Assembly: GCA_043818055.1 (NCBI GenBank)
Contig: JBDRGF010000059.1
Location: 1-13,083 of the forward strand
Direction of reading: 5' to 3'
Source of the DNA: Pseudomonadota bacterium
Lineage (GTDB): Bacteria; UBA10199; 2-02-FULL-44-16; JBDRGF01
DNA: 13,083 bases
The translations under genes were made by a program, and so were the position numbers. Within the stretch, counting starts at the first letter, position 1, and each line of letters opens with the position of its first letter. Positions 1 through 7,862 of this stretch are shown piece by piece. Below the pieces are notes generated by a model. That model ran no database searches and was not told where the DNA came from. It worked only from the letters and a program-made list of their open reading frames with translations.

Positions 1-1964
1 TTATATTCGCGCGTCAGCTTGTCACGAGCCTCTTTGATGACCTGGCCTTTTTCATTGTAGGCAAATGTGCTGACATCATCGCCGCTCTTTTTCGATACAA
101 CCAAACCTTTGGCGTTGATATCCAACTCAACTTTTCTCAAACTATCACCGCCGACCCTTACCTCAGAGGCGAGTTGATTATACGCCGCATATGTATAGAG
201 GGTCTCTAAACGCTCCTTTGCCTTCCCCTTTTCAACCACCCTTAAGAGATTGTTCTGTTTGAGTCTGTCGGTATTTACCGTATCATACACATACTCGGTG
301 GCGATCCCCTCAGGTGAAGTTCTCATCGTCATCAGAGCATCTTTATTATAATGATATCGATATCCGTCGCCTTTTAGCCTCAATCCGAAACGATTGTGTT
401 CGTAGATATTTTGGACTCCAAGGCGGTTGGTCACTTTTGTTATCGAGGCGACATCGTTTATGCCATTCTTCCCCTTTACGATTTCATAAGCGACCTTCAT
501 TACGGGTGCCGACTCCGATCCGAAACGCTGCGCTATGACGCGATCCTTGTCCACACCTTCGCTTCCGTAATCGTTTTTCAGATAGACCTGCCCCTTCGGA
601 TCCATGATCATCGCGAGATTGTGATTCAGACTCGCATCGACAAATCCACCTGTATAATTATATCGGGTAACTCTCCCCTGTTCGTATTTCTGTGTCGTCG
701 GGGTGCGAACTGTTTCGAGATCTCCATTTGAATTATGCGTGTATTTCACCACACGGCCAAATGGGTCTCTCAGCGAACTGACCCAGCCCTCTTCGTAGCT
801 CAAGGTATATAATCTGCCGAGGGTATCATAGATGTGTTTGAGAACTTTTTTCTCGTTCATCACTACATATTCGAACTTCATCGTGTTGGAAAAGCGGTCA
901 TTGATGCTTACGAGATTTCCGTTGAGGTCAAAATATTTTTTTAGTCCTTCGCCGTCAGTTATCGTATAACCTTTTTCTGTCTTTTCCAGTTTTGCGAAAA
1001 GTTGATAAGGTGCTGCGTACTTCCCACCCTCCTGCTGCTTGAATGGATAGAGCTGGCCATCTTCATTTTTGAAAAGGACCATCGCCCCGTTATCTTTTAC
1101 GTATAATTGTTGATTGTAATTGTATGTCCAGTTATAGCCCATCGAAGATGCACGTTCCCACTGATTGCGATATACGCGTTTGAATTCAAAATCAAGCCCG
1201 ACCGATTTCACCAGAAGATCGGTGGCTTCCACTTTAAACTCGCCGCTATAGAGGATGACAGGATCCAAGGAGGAGCTGCCATCGGCATAAGTATATTCAT
1301 AAGTGGCACCATAAGCTTCGGCCCCTTCGACGAGGCACATCATGTCGGAGGGGGAATACATATTGCTCGAATTCATATCTCTAATGAGAAAAGAATTAGA
1401 ATCACTTATCGTTGAATTATTAGCATCTGTAAGAGCGACGAGATCATCGATAGCAATGCTGCCGTCGGCATTTTTCAACAACCCATCTGCAAAAGCCAGA
1501 TCACCCTGTGCCTTCTCGAGGGCTTTTATAAATTCTTCAGGATTTTCTATATTTGCAGCTTCAAGCTCTTTTATCAAAGCATCAAGCTTCGCTGGATCGA
1601 TAACGCCCTCATCAATCGAAATATCTCCAAGTGTATCCATTGCTTCAGCTGCGTTGGCATCGACCATGAAGGTATCGCGACCAGAGCTTACCGCCCATCT
1701 GGCCACGCCCGCGCACTGATTGCCTTTATCCCGCTCTATGCGGGCCATAGAATAGTTTTTCATCTCGGCATATATAATTGCCAGCGAATAATGGCGACCA
1801 GCTGCACTCATCTGGATAGCCGCATAAGTGCTGGCAGGCACTTTGACAAACCCGTCACCTGCGCCGGTTGAAGCATTGCCGACTGAAAGGAGATAAAAGA
1901 ATGAGAGCAATACTAGAACTACGGAAACAAATACTGATGGAAGTAAAAAACGATTACGCCTCAT
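1..1964 (-). CDS. Secreted RHS/YD-repeat protein with DUF6531 domain (partial, C-terminus beyond the left edge; >654 aa)
   Basis: Not in the ORF track because it has no stop in the window. ATG at 1964 follows a strong SD (AGGAGGTGA, 1968-1976). Hand translation gives a signal peptide (MRRNRFLLPSVFVSVVLVLLSFFYLLSVGNA) and a DUF6531-type motif from ~1265 (DPVILYSGEFKVEATDLLVKSVGLDFEFKRVYRN...MGYNWTYNY). YD-type repeats follow (YFDLNGNLVSINDRFSN, IYDTLGR, LRDPFGRVVKYTHNSNGDL, FAYNEKGQVIKE). The frame is open to position 3. Confidence 0.92.
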   Translation of the reverse strand, partial: MRRNRFLLPSVFVSVVLVLLSFFYLLSVGNASTGAGDGFVKVPASTYAAIQMSAAGRHYSLAIIYAEMKNYSMARIERDKGNQCAGVARWAVSSGRDTFMVDANAAEAMDTLGDISIDEGVIDPAKLDALIKELEAANIENPEEFIKALEKAQGDLAFADGLLKNADGSIAIDDLVALTDANNSTISDSNSFLIRDMNSSNMYSPSDMMCLVEGAEAYGATYEYTYADGSSSLDPVILYSGEFKVEATDLLVKSVGLDFEFKRVYRNQWERASSMGYNWTYNYNQQLYVKDNGAMVLFKNEDGQLYPFKQQEGGKYAAPYQLFAKLEKTEKGYTITDGEGLKKYFDLNGNLVSINDRFSNTMKFEYVVMNEKKVLKHIYDTLGRLYTLSYEEGWVSSLRDPFGRVVKYTHNSNGDLETVRTPTTQKYEQGRVTRYNYTGGFVDASLNHNLAMIMDPKGQVYLKNDYGSEGVDKDRVIAQRFGSESAPVMKVAYEIVKGKNGINDVASITKVTNRLGVQNIYEHNRFGLRLKGDGYRYHYNKDALMTMRTSPEGIATEYVYDTVNTDRLKQNNLLRVVEKGKAKERLETLYTYAAYNQLASEVRVGGDSLRKVELDINAKGLVVSKKSGDDVSTFAYNEKGQVIKEARDKLTREY

Positions 1965-2045
1965 GGGTCACCTCCTGGCCTTGTAAAACATGAATATAAA
2001 AAATTCCACTGCATTATAATACATGCGCTACAATCAGCTATGATT

Positions 2046-4115
2046 CTATTCAGCAGTTCCATAATCAACTATCACATAATTACTTGCTTTTTTCGCAGTC
2101 ATGGTACGTGTAGAAACAGCTCTATCCCAAGGCACAGCTCCTATGGGATTGCTCCAGTTGCTAGCCCAGTTCGATTCTGCAACTTTAATATTCAGAGGTT
2201 TGCCATCATCATCATATTCTACATCGACAATTATCATCGCATGATTTGACAAATCATACAAACCCATACCCGGCTTCACATCATCAATATCTACGCTATT
2301 ACTACCAGTATTTTGATAATTAATTTTATTTCCGCCTGAACTCGTTGCAACATGCATTGCCCATTCAAGACATTGTTTCCTTACACCAAGATATTGCAAC
2401 GTTTCATCGTCGCTTCCTGGTAAATCAACATTACCACCTTCATAAGTTGAAATAATTTTATCAACCAGTGATGTCTTCTGATTAACCCCGTATGAAGATC
2501 CAGCGAACTTATTTTTCATTTCAACTTTGATTTCATCAGAGATAGCTTCTTCCGGGTGTTCCTTGCGCCAGTTGTCAAATGCTTCAATAGCATTTCTCAT
2601 CTTTTGACCGTCACCACCTGCTACATCAGTAAGCCAACAGGATCCACCAGTACAAATCTCCGATTGTCCTGCACCCTGTTCCACGAAGTCATTTGCCAAA
2701 TCAACAATATCCTTTTTAACACCGGCAGTAGGAAGATTATAACCGGTAGAACTGCTCCACCCCTTTGTCACTTCTGTTTCTTCACTCTCTCCAGCTCCAA
2801 GATCAGCAATATCCGAAGTCAGGGAATTTTCAGTGTTTGAATCGTCGTCTCCAGTTCCGTTTTCAGAAAACTTAGCTGAGGCGTATGCTTTGGCACCTGC
2901 AAACTGATTCTCCGCACTCTCCCCCTGAGGTGAGTCGCTCTTTGCGGCAAGAAACTGATCGAGGTATGTTTTCGCGTTCTTTACAGCATTGATCATCCCT
3001 TCAGGATTATGAAATGTCACGCTTGTGGCAAAATCGAAGGCTATCCTCAAAAGGCTGAGCTGATGATCGCTAAATTCCGTTGCACCTTTACCTCCGGCCA
3101 TACCTGAACCGGAAGCGATATCAATCATAAATGCCCTATTCTTCTCCGTAGCCACCCACTGAGCGACCTTCAGACATTGAACCCCTCTTTCAAACTCAAC
3201 ACTGCTCATCGTCCTTGCCGCCTTCGCAAAATGTTCCAGTGCCGCTTTAACTTGTCTTTGAGCATATGTGGAAGCATCTTCCTGTCTGGTAGGATCTGCA
3301 TTGATATCTCCACCACCAGATACCTCACCATCCTGATTCGATTCTTCAGAGTTGGCTTCTGTTAACTTATCGATAGGTACGCCCAACAGCCACGAAAGAC
3401 CACCCTCCAAAGCATCACTAACACCTTGCTTTGCGAGGTTTTCTGCAAACTTGGTGCGCCACACCTTGGATGTTGGATTCACCCATTTTTTCAAGCGACC
3501 ATCAACTACCTTGCCTAAACCCGAAAGACTATCCAAAGGGAGAAATTCTATACCTAAATCTTTTCCCGCATTTAAAAAATCCCTGGCAGCTATTCTCAAC
3601 TCCTCCTCATTGCTTCCGTTTGTAAGATAGATAAGCCCTTCGCTCAATGTTTTGGCGCCCTCAAATGCCGTCTTCACGCCCTCTCCACCCTTTTGGAGAC
3701 CTTCGCCAAGAACAATAGCCTGAGGAATTGGAATTGAGCCTATCGCCTCTCCAGAATACGTTAAGCCATTGCTTACAACAGGAACAAAGACTTCCTCAAC
3801 ACCTTCGACATATGATTCCGCTATTATTCGATTTGCCTTGCCTGAATAGACCACCTCTGCAAGAGACCACCATTTGTTTTTCCCTTCATCGTGCACCTTG
3901 CGCTCAAAATCCATCTCCGCTTCCCAATCGTTTCCATAAATCTCTTTGCACGTCGCTTCGCCGTACCGAACACATGCCGACGCAACATCGCTCCGATAGA
4001 CAATGCCTGCGCTTGCAGAAGCAGTAGCCCCGACAAATTCGTCGTTGGCTTTTGCTACGTTCAGCATATTGAGAAGAAGTATAAAAACAAAACTGATGAA
4101 AGAAATAATTCTCAT
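2046..4115 (-). CDS. Secreted multidomain protein with C-terminal CHAP-like (Cys/His) amidase/peptidase domain
   Basis: 690-aa ORF in the track. ATG at 4115 lies 7 nt after SD AAAGGGGG (GTG at 4118 is the alternative start). Sec signal MRIISFISFVFILLLNMLNVAKA. The C-terminus has QCLEWA...KPG...NHAMIIVDV...IKVAESNW, matching the CHAP Cys/His/Glu pattern. Acidic S/G/E/D-rich linkers separate the domains. Confidence 0.8.
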   Translation of the reverse strand: MRIISFISFVFILLLNMLNVAKANDEFVGATASASAGIVYRSDVASACVRYGEATCKEIYGNDWEAEMDFERKVHDEGKNKWWSLAEVVYSGKANRIIAESYVEGVEEVFVPVVSNGLTYSGEAIGSIPIPQAIVLGEGLQKGGEGVKTAFEGAKTLSEGLIYLTNGSNEEELRIAARDFLNAGKDLGIEFLPLDSLSGLGKVVDGRLKKWVNPTSKVWRTKFAENLAKQGVSDALEGGLSWLLGVPIDKLTEANSEESNQDGEVSGGGDINADPTRQEDASTYAQRQVKAALEHFAKAARTMSSVEFERGVQCLKVAQWVATEKNRAFMIDIASGSGMAGGKGATEFSDHQLSLLRIAFDFATSVTFHNPEGMINAVKNAKTYLDQFLAAKSDSPQGESAENQFAGAKAYASAKFSENGTGDDDSNTENSLTSDIADLGAGESEETEVTKGWSSSTGYNLPTAGVKKDIVDLANDFVEQGAGQSEICTGGSCWLTDVAGGDGQKMRNAIEAFDNWRKEHPEEAISDEIKVEMKNKFAGSSYGVNQKTSLVDKIISTYEGGNVDLPGSDDETLQYLGVRKQCLEWAMHVATSSGGNKINYQNTGSNSVDIDDVKPGMGLYDLSNHAMIIVDVEYDDDGKPLNIKVAESNWASNWSNPIGAVPWDRAVSTRTMTAKKASNYVIVDYGTAE

Positions 4116-4288
4116 CACGTTACCCCCTTTGGATAAAGGTTCATAAATAAAAAAATCCCACAGGCCTGCTGTGAGATTTTTTGTTCGTGTTTATTTGAAT
4201 ACCAAATTGTAGTGGCGCACAACTGGAAGTCGAATCTTAGATATAAACAATGTGGAATCGATGAAGGGCTGTGACGTCTCTCTCCCAT
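4115..4288 (-). CDS. Possible 57-aa leader ORF (uORF)
   Basis: ATG at 4288 after AAGGGGGT, the same SD-like string used by the downstream gene. Open for 57 codons (MGERRHSPSSIPHCLYLRFDFQLCATTIWYSNKHEQKISQQACGIFLFMNLYPKGVT) through the terminator. The TGA overlaps the downstream start (GTGATG). SD spacing is short and the ORF may be chance. Confidence 0.25.
   Translation of the reverse strand: MGERRHSPSSIPHCLYLRFDFQLCATTIWYSNKHEQKISQQACGIFLFMNLYPKGVT
4149..4182 (-). terminator. Intrinsic terminator hairpin
   Basis: Minus strand reads AAAAAATCTCACAG-CAGGC-CTGTGGGATTTTTTT: a stem with one U-G pair followed by a 7-U tract. The A-run on the other side could make it bidirectional. Confidence 0.75.
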
Positions 4289-4353
4289 ACACCCCCTTGT
4301 TGAAAAAATATTAAGATTAAACCTTTAAAGAACTGAGATCACTATTGCCTTTG

Positions 4354-4382
4354 ATCATTCCTCTATCCACCATGTATGTCAA
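4354..4382 (-). promoter_or_regulatory. Putative sigma70 promoter
   Basis: Perfect TTGACA (4382-4377), a 17-nt spacer and AATGAT (4359-4354, 4/6 match to TATAAT), just after the flp stop codon and pointing at the CHAP/RHS genes. Confidence 0.5.
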
Positions 4383-4397
4383 GTTGAAATTCCTAAT

Positions 4398-4577
4398 TTA
4401 CTTACTCACCCGTCCCGGACTGGTGATGCGGCTCGACATATTTTTAAAAAAGGTGGTAAAAGCATCCTGCATCCTGGGCCCACCGAACAAGACGCCGATC
4501 GCAAGCGCAAGGACAGAGACAACCAGGAGATACTCCACAGCAGTTTGCCCCTTTTGCGATTTTAAATGTTTAAACAT
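4398..4577 (-). CDS. flp: Flp-family (Tad) pilin
   Basis: Likely start ATG 4577 (59 aa). Class III signal with KSQKG|QTAVEY (G-x4-EY Flp motif), then a hydrophobic helix and a short tail. It lies at the end of a tad operon. Confidence 0.88.
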   Translation of the reverse strand: MFKHLKSQKGQTAVEYLLVVSVLALAIGVLFGGPRMQDAFTTFFKNMSSRITSPGRVSK

Positions 4578-4945
4578 ATTTTCTCTCGAGCTGAGATATT
4601 GTTTTTGCGACAAAAGCCGGCTTCAACTTCCAGTATATAATCGACATCCTTTCCCGCAGAATATTTTTTGAGACAATAGGGAAAGATCACGCTCAAAAAA
4701 CAATTTTTAGGTCTAGCCACATCCTCTTCGACCTTCACCACCTCATCATCGCGGATCCAGAGGATGTCTATCGCAAAGCGCATTCCCCACATCCAGATCT
4801 TCGGATTGGATCTCTTTGGAAGAGCGATGAGCAAGCCTCTGCCATCACAATCCTTTCTGAACGCCAATCCCAAAACCCTTTGCAAAAAAGTCAGCGCTGT
4901 TTCAATGGGAAGGGTCAATCTGTCCTGAAATTTTATCTCTTTCAC
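4562..4945 (-). CDS. DUF192 family protein
   Basis: Motifs ALTFLQRVLGLAFR, GLL, IWMWGMRFAIDILWI and YILEVEAG are typical of DUF192. GTG start overlaps the upstream TGA. Confidence 0.9.
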   Translation of the reverse strand: MKEIKFQDRLTLPIETALTFLQRVLGLAFRKDCDGRGLLIALPKRSNPKIWMWGMRFAIDILWIRDDEVVKVEEDVARPKNCFLSVIFPYCLKKYSAGKDVDYILEVEAGFCRKNNISAREKICLNI

Positions 4946-6480
4946 ATCCCTGATTCCAGTTTCGCTACGAGCTTTTTAAGCTCCTCTGCCTTTGTGTCAC
5001 CCTTTGATGCGTACTTCAAATATTCTTTAAAATTCCTGACCGCGCTCGAAGCATCCTGCTTTTCTACAAGATACATCTTTCCAAGCGCATAATAGACCTG
5101 CGGCAAATTCTTCTTAAGTTCGATCGCCTTATTATAAAGATCCACCTTCTTATCGACATCGAAAACGTGTTCAGCCCATTCCAGATATAGCCTGATCTTG
5201 TTATCTCTGCTCAAGTTTGGGATATCTGAGAGCTTTTGATATACCTGATCCGCTTTTACATAAGCATCATCGACCTTGGACTTGCTGTAAAATCTCGCCT
5301 TGGTGAAGAGGAGGTTGACGTCGTCGGGATTGATCTTCTCAGCCCTCTTGAAATATTCGAGCGACTCCTTTTCATGTCCGAGCTCGACCGCGTTGGATGC
5401 CTGAAGTGCAAGCACCATCGGATTTGCATTCTTCTCGCCGGCAAGCAACTCTGAGCTCCCCTGATAATCGCCACTGCGGTTCAGGAGATTCGCCTTCGTA
5501 TATTTAGACAAGAACGATGGATAAGCCTTCATCCCCCTGTCAGCGAAGCTAAGCGCAGTTTCAGTATTTTTATCCATGATCCATCGGCTGAAGAGCCAAT
5601 ATGGAACATTGGCGTTGCTTTTGATGAGCCCCTCCATCAATTTCTCGACCTGAGCAAGATCATTGTTCAGATATGCCCTGTGAATATTTATAAGGACAAG
5701 AAGGATTGAATTTCCCTCCGGCTTGAGCTTTTCGGTGACGACATCAAGGTCTCCCAAAACGAGACTTGCTGCTTTGGGTTTCGCAGAATACAAGCCATCG
5801 GTCATGATCAGCCCCACATAATCCCTTATCAACGCTTCATCGAGCAGATCGGCATCTATCTTCCCATTGAGATTTTTAAACTCAGCTTCCAGGCCCGAGC
5901 TATCAAAGGGGAAGGCAGCCCATCTTGCAAGATAGTCGGATGCATCCTGTTTATATTCCTTATTCTCCGGCCAACCGACGCTGTCAAAAAAATCCGAACA
6001 CCATTTCAAAAGTGGAACGCGTTTTTTCTGTTCGATCCGCTGACGCTGACATTCGAGCACATATACAAATCCCTGCCTGACCTGTGCTTCGGCAAAGCCT
6101 TCGATCGGCAAAAAATGATCGGAGAAGGAATATGAGAGATAATGTTTTTCCTTATCATTTGCCGGAACTGGATAGACCTTCTCATAGCGTCTGCCTAAGC
6201 TTTCCTCAACAGAGAGCTTCCAGTCCTTTTTGACGGAATTCCTCGCATCGATCCTCCTGATCAAAAATCTGGGATTGAAGAATTCATCCTTCTCCGGCTT
6301 CTCCACATTCATCGAAAAGATCAGCTCATCTCCCTGATTTTGCCCTACCTTCCATCCAGATACAGGAACTCTCACTGTGAGAAAATCGGGCAACAGCACA
6401 ACGGGCTTCGCATCGGCCAGCGCAGATGCTGAAAACAAAAACATACTCGCAATTGCAAAAAATTTCATAGTCTTCTTCAT
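4942..6480 (-). CDS. Secreted TPR-repeat protein
   Basis: Likely start ATG 6480 (SD GAGG upstream; the track starts at 6501). Signal peptide KKTMKFFAIASMFLFSASALA. C-terminal TPRs (YFKRAEKINPDD, YNKAIELKKNLPQVYYALGKMY, AVRNFKEYLKYA). N-terminal alpha/beta domain unassigned. Confidence 0.8.
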   Translation of the reverse strand: MKKTMKFFAIASMFLFSASALADAKPVVLLPDFLTVRVPVSGWKVGQNQGDELIFSMNVEKPEKDEFFNPRFLIRRIDARNSVKKDWKLSVEESLGRRYEKVYPVPANDKEKHYLSYSFSDHFLPIEGFAEAQVRQGFVYVLECQRQRIEQKKRVPLLKWCSDFFDSVGWPENKEYKQDASDYLARWAAFPFDSSGLEAEFKNLNGKIDADLLDEALIRDYVGLIMTDGLYSAKPKAASLVLGDLDVVTEKLKPEGNSILLVLINIHRAYLNNDLAQVEKLMEGLIKSNANVPYWLFSRWIMDKNTETALSFADRGMKAYPSFLSKYTKANLLNRSGDYQGSSELLAGEKNANPMVLALQASNAVELGHEKESLEYFKRAEKINPDDVNLLFTKARFYSKSKVDDAYVKADQVYQKLSDIPNLSRDNKIRLYLEWAEHVFDVDKKVDLYNKAIELKKNLPQVYYALGKMYLVEKQDASSAVRNFKEYLKYASKGDTKAEELKKLVAKLESGM

Positions 6481-6482
6481 AA

Positions 6483-7862
6483 TCACCTCTGACATGGACA
6501 TCGGCTCATGGCATCCTCGGCAAGACGGTAGTAATCGACCTTCTCGCTCACAGCCAGCCGTTTGATATTGTTAAGTTTCGTCTCAGCGAAACAGCATCCT
6601 TCAAGCTCCTGAAGCGTGAGAGCCTCTTCGTATAGAGGTTTTAGCCTCTCATTTAAATTCATCACTATTTTCTCTTCCAATCCAGATGTATCGAACTCGC
6701 TTAAAATATCGTGGATGGAGCTCAACTCTTCGAGCGACTTGCGGAAAAAAGATGAGGATGCCTCTACTCCGTTTGATGTCCGGCCCTTCTGATAGAGGCC
6801 TGTTGCAGTTGAATAGAGGGTGTTCGACTTCTCCTGCACCTGAGCTTTTACGACCTTATAGATATCCATAAGATCGATTTCAAAATCAGGATGCATGCCA
6901 TATTTATTGAGCAGTTCCACAGCTTCGTTCAACTCCCTGTATGATTCGATTATCTTCGATTCCTCCATGAGCCTTTTCCCTGTCTTAAACTTATCTTCAG
7001 CGAGCACCAAATCCCTTGCCTTCTCCTCCTCCGTAGCCTGATCTGTTTTGGCTACCTCGCCGAGCTGCGCCGCTATCTTATTCTTCATTTCAAGGGTGGG
7101 AACATGATCAGGATTCTTGTCGAGTATCTGCTGCAGCTTAAACTGTGCGCCGCTGTAATCCTTTCGGGACATCATATCAGAAACCTCGGAGAGCACCTGC
7201 TGAATCCACAGGTCTTCGGCAAGACTCTCCTGACTCTCCCCCTTGTGACTCTCCATCATCTTTCTTGCCTTATCCTGAAGCGCTATTGCCGGAGCATTTT
7301 TCGGATCTATCTTTACTACCTTGGCCAGTATTCCCAAAGCTTTATCGTAGCGCTTCTGCTCCATCGCCTTCTCGGCTAATTTAAGCCGCATTTCAATCAA
7401 CTCTCTCAATTTACCCTCTTCATCAGCTGCCACATTTGCATCCAGTTTGACTACATCGGCTTTATTCACATCGCCCTTTCCTCCGAAAAACTGGAAGAGT
7501 ATGAAGATGATAAGAGCTAAGGAGAGACCTCCCAGCGCCAAAACTTTTGGAGAAAAATCGATTCGGGATCGTACGCTGTGAAAAATACCCGTAACTTTTG
7601 TCGACATTGTGGAGATCAATGTAAAATCCAGTTTCAGTTCATCCTTGTGATAGCCTTTCGCGATATCTATTTGAGTAGCCACACCATCAAAAACTACAAA
7701 GGGCGTGTTCTCATGAATTATCAGTATGAAATGTTTGTCGGATGTGGTTTTATTATAAGCCAGCAATCTGTCAGCGCCAAAGGCCACATAATAGACACCC
7801 TCCTCTGTTACATCCAGAGCATCCCTCTTACCTTTCCATTCATATGTGATTGTTAAATTCAT
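6483..7862 (-). CDS. Bitopic membrane protein with periplasmic TPR/helical repeats (Tad accessory)
   Basis: 459 aa. About 105 aa of beta-rich N-terminus, then a TM helix (VLALGGLSLALIIFILFQFF) and TPR-like units (YDKALGILAKVVKIDPKN, YSGAQFKLQQILDKNPDH). ATGA overlap with the upstream gene. Confidence 0.75.
   Translation of the reverse strand: MNLTITYEWKGKRDALDVTEEGVYYVAFGADRLLAYNKTTSDKHFILIIHENTPFVVFDGVATQIDIAKGYHKDELKLDFTLISTMSTKVTGIFHSVRSRIDFSPKVLALGGLSLALIIFILFQFFGGKGDVNKADVVKLDANVAADEEGKLRELIEMRLKLAEKAMEQKRYDKALGILAKVVKIDPKNAPAIALQDKARKMMESHKGESQESLAEDLWIQQVLSEVSDMMSRKDYSGAQFKLQQILDKNPDHVPTLEMKNKIAAQLGEVAKTDQATEEEKARDLVLAEDKFKTGKRLMEESKIIESYRELNEAVELLNKYGMHPDFEIDLMDIYKVVKAQVQEKSNTLYSTATGLYQKGRTSNGVEASSSFFRKSLEELSSIHDILSEFDTSGLEEKIVMNLNERLKPLYEEALTLQELEGCCFAETKLNNIKRLAVSEKVDYYRLAEDAMSRCPCQR

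Noticed and set aside
300..400. Possible frameshift in the RHS gene
   Set aside because: Codon-by-codon reading stays open (HNRFGLRLKGDGYRYHYNKDALMTMRTSPEGIA) in the same frame as the start and the window edge.
2013..2018. Internal promoter for the RHS gene (TATAAT on the minus strand)
   Set aside because: The -10 is perfect but there is no credible -35 or properly placed TG extension. Too weak to call.
1..4115. T6SS effector cluster
   Set aside because: No PAAR, VgrG, Hcp or EagR/DUF1795-type adaptor is visible, and both proteins have Sec-type signal peptides.
4183..4350. c-di-GMP-I riboswitch or T-box in the leader
   Set aside because: I could not find the GEMM consensus (GGCAAAC...GAAA...GACGCAAA) or a T-box sequence by eye. 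An Rfam scan is still needed.
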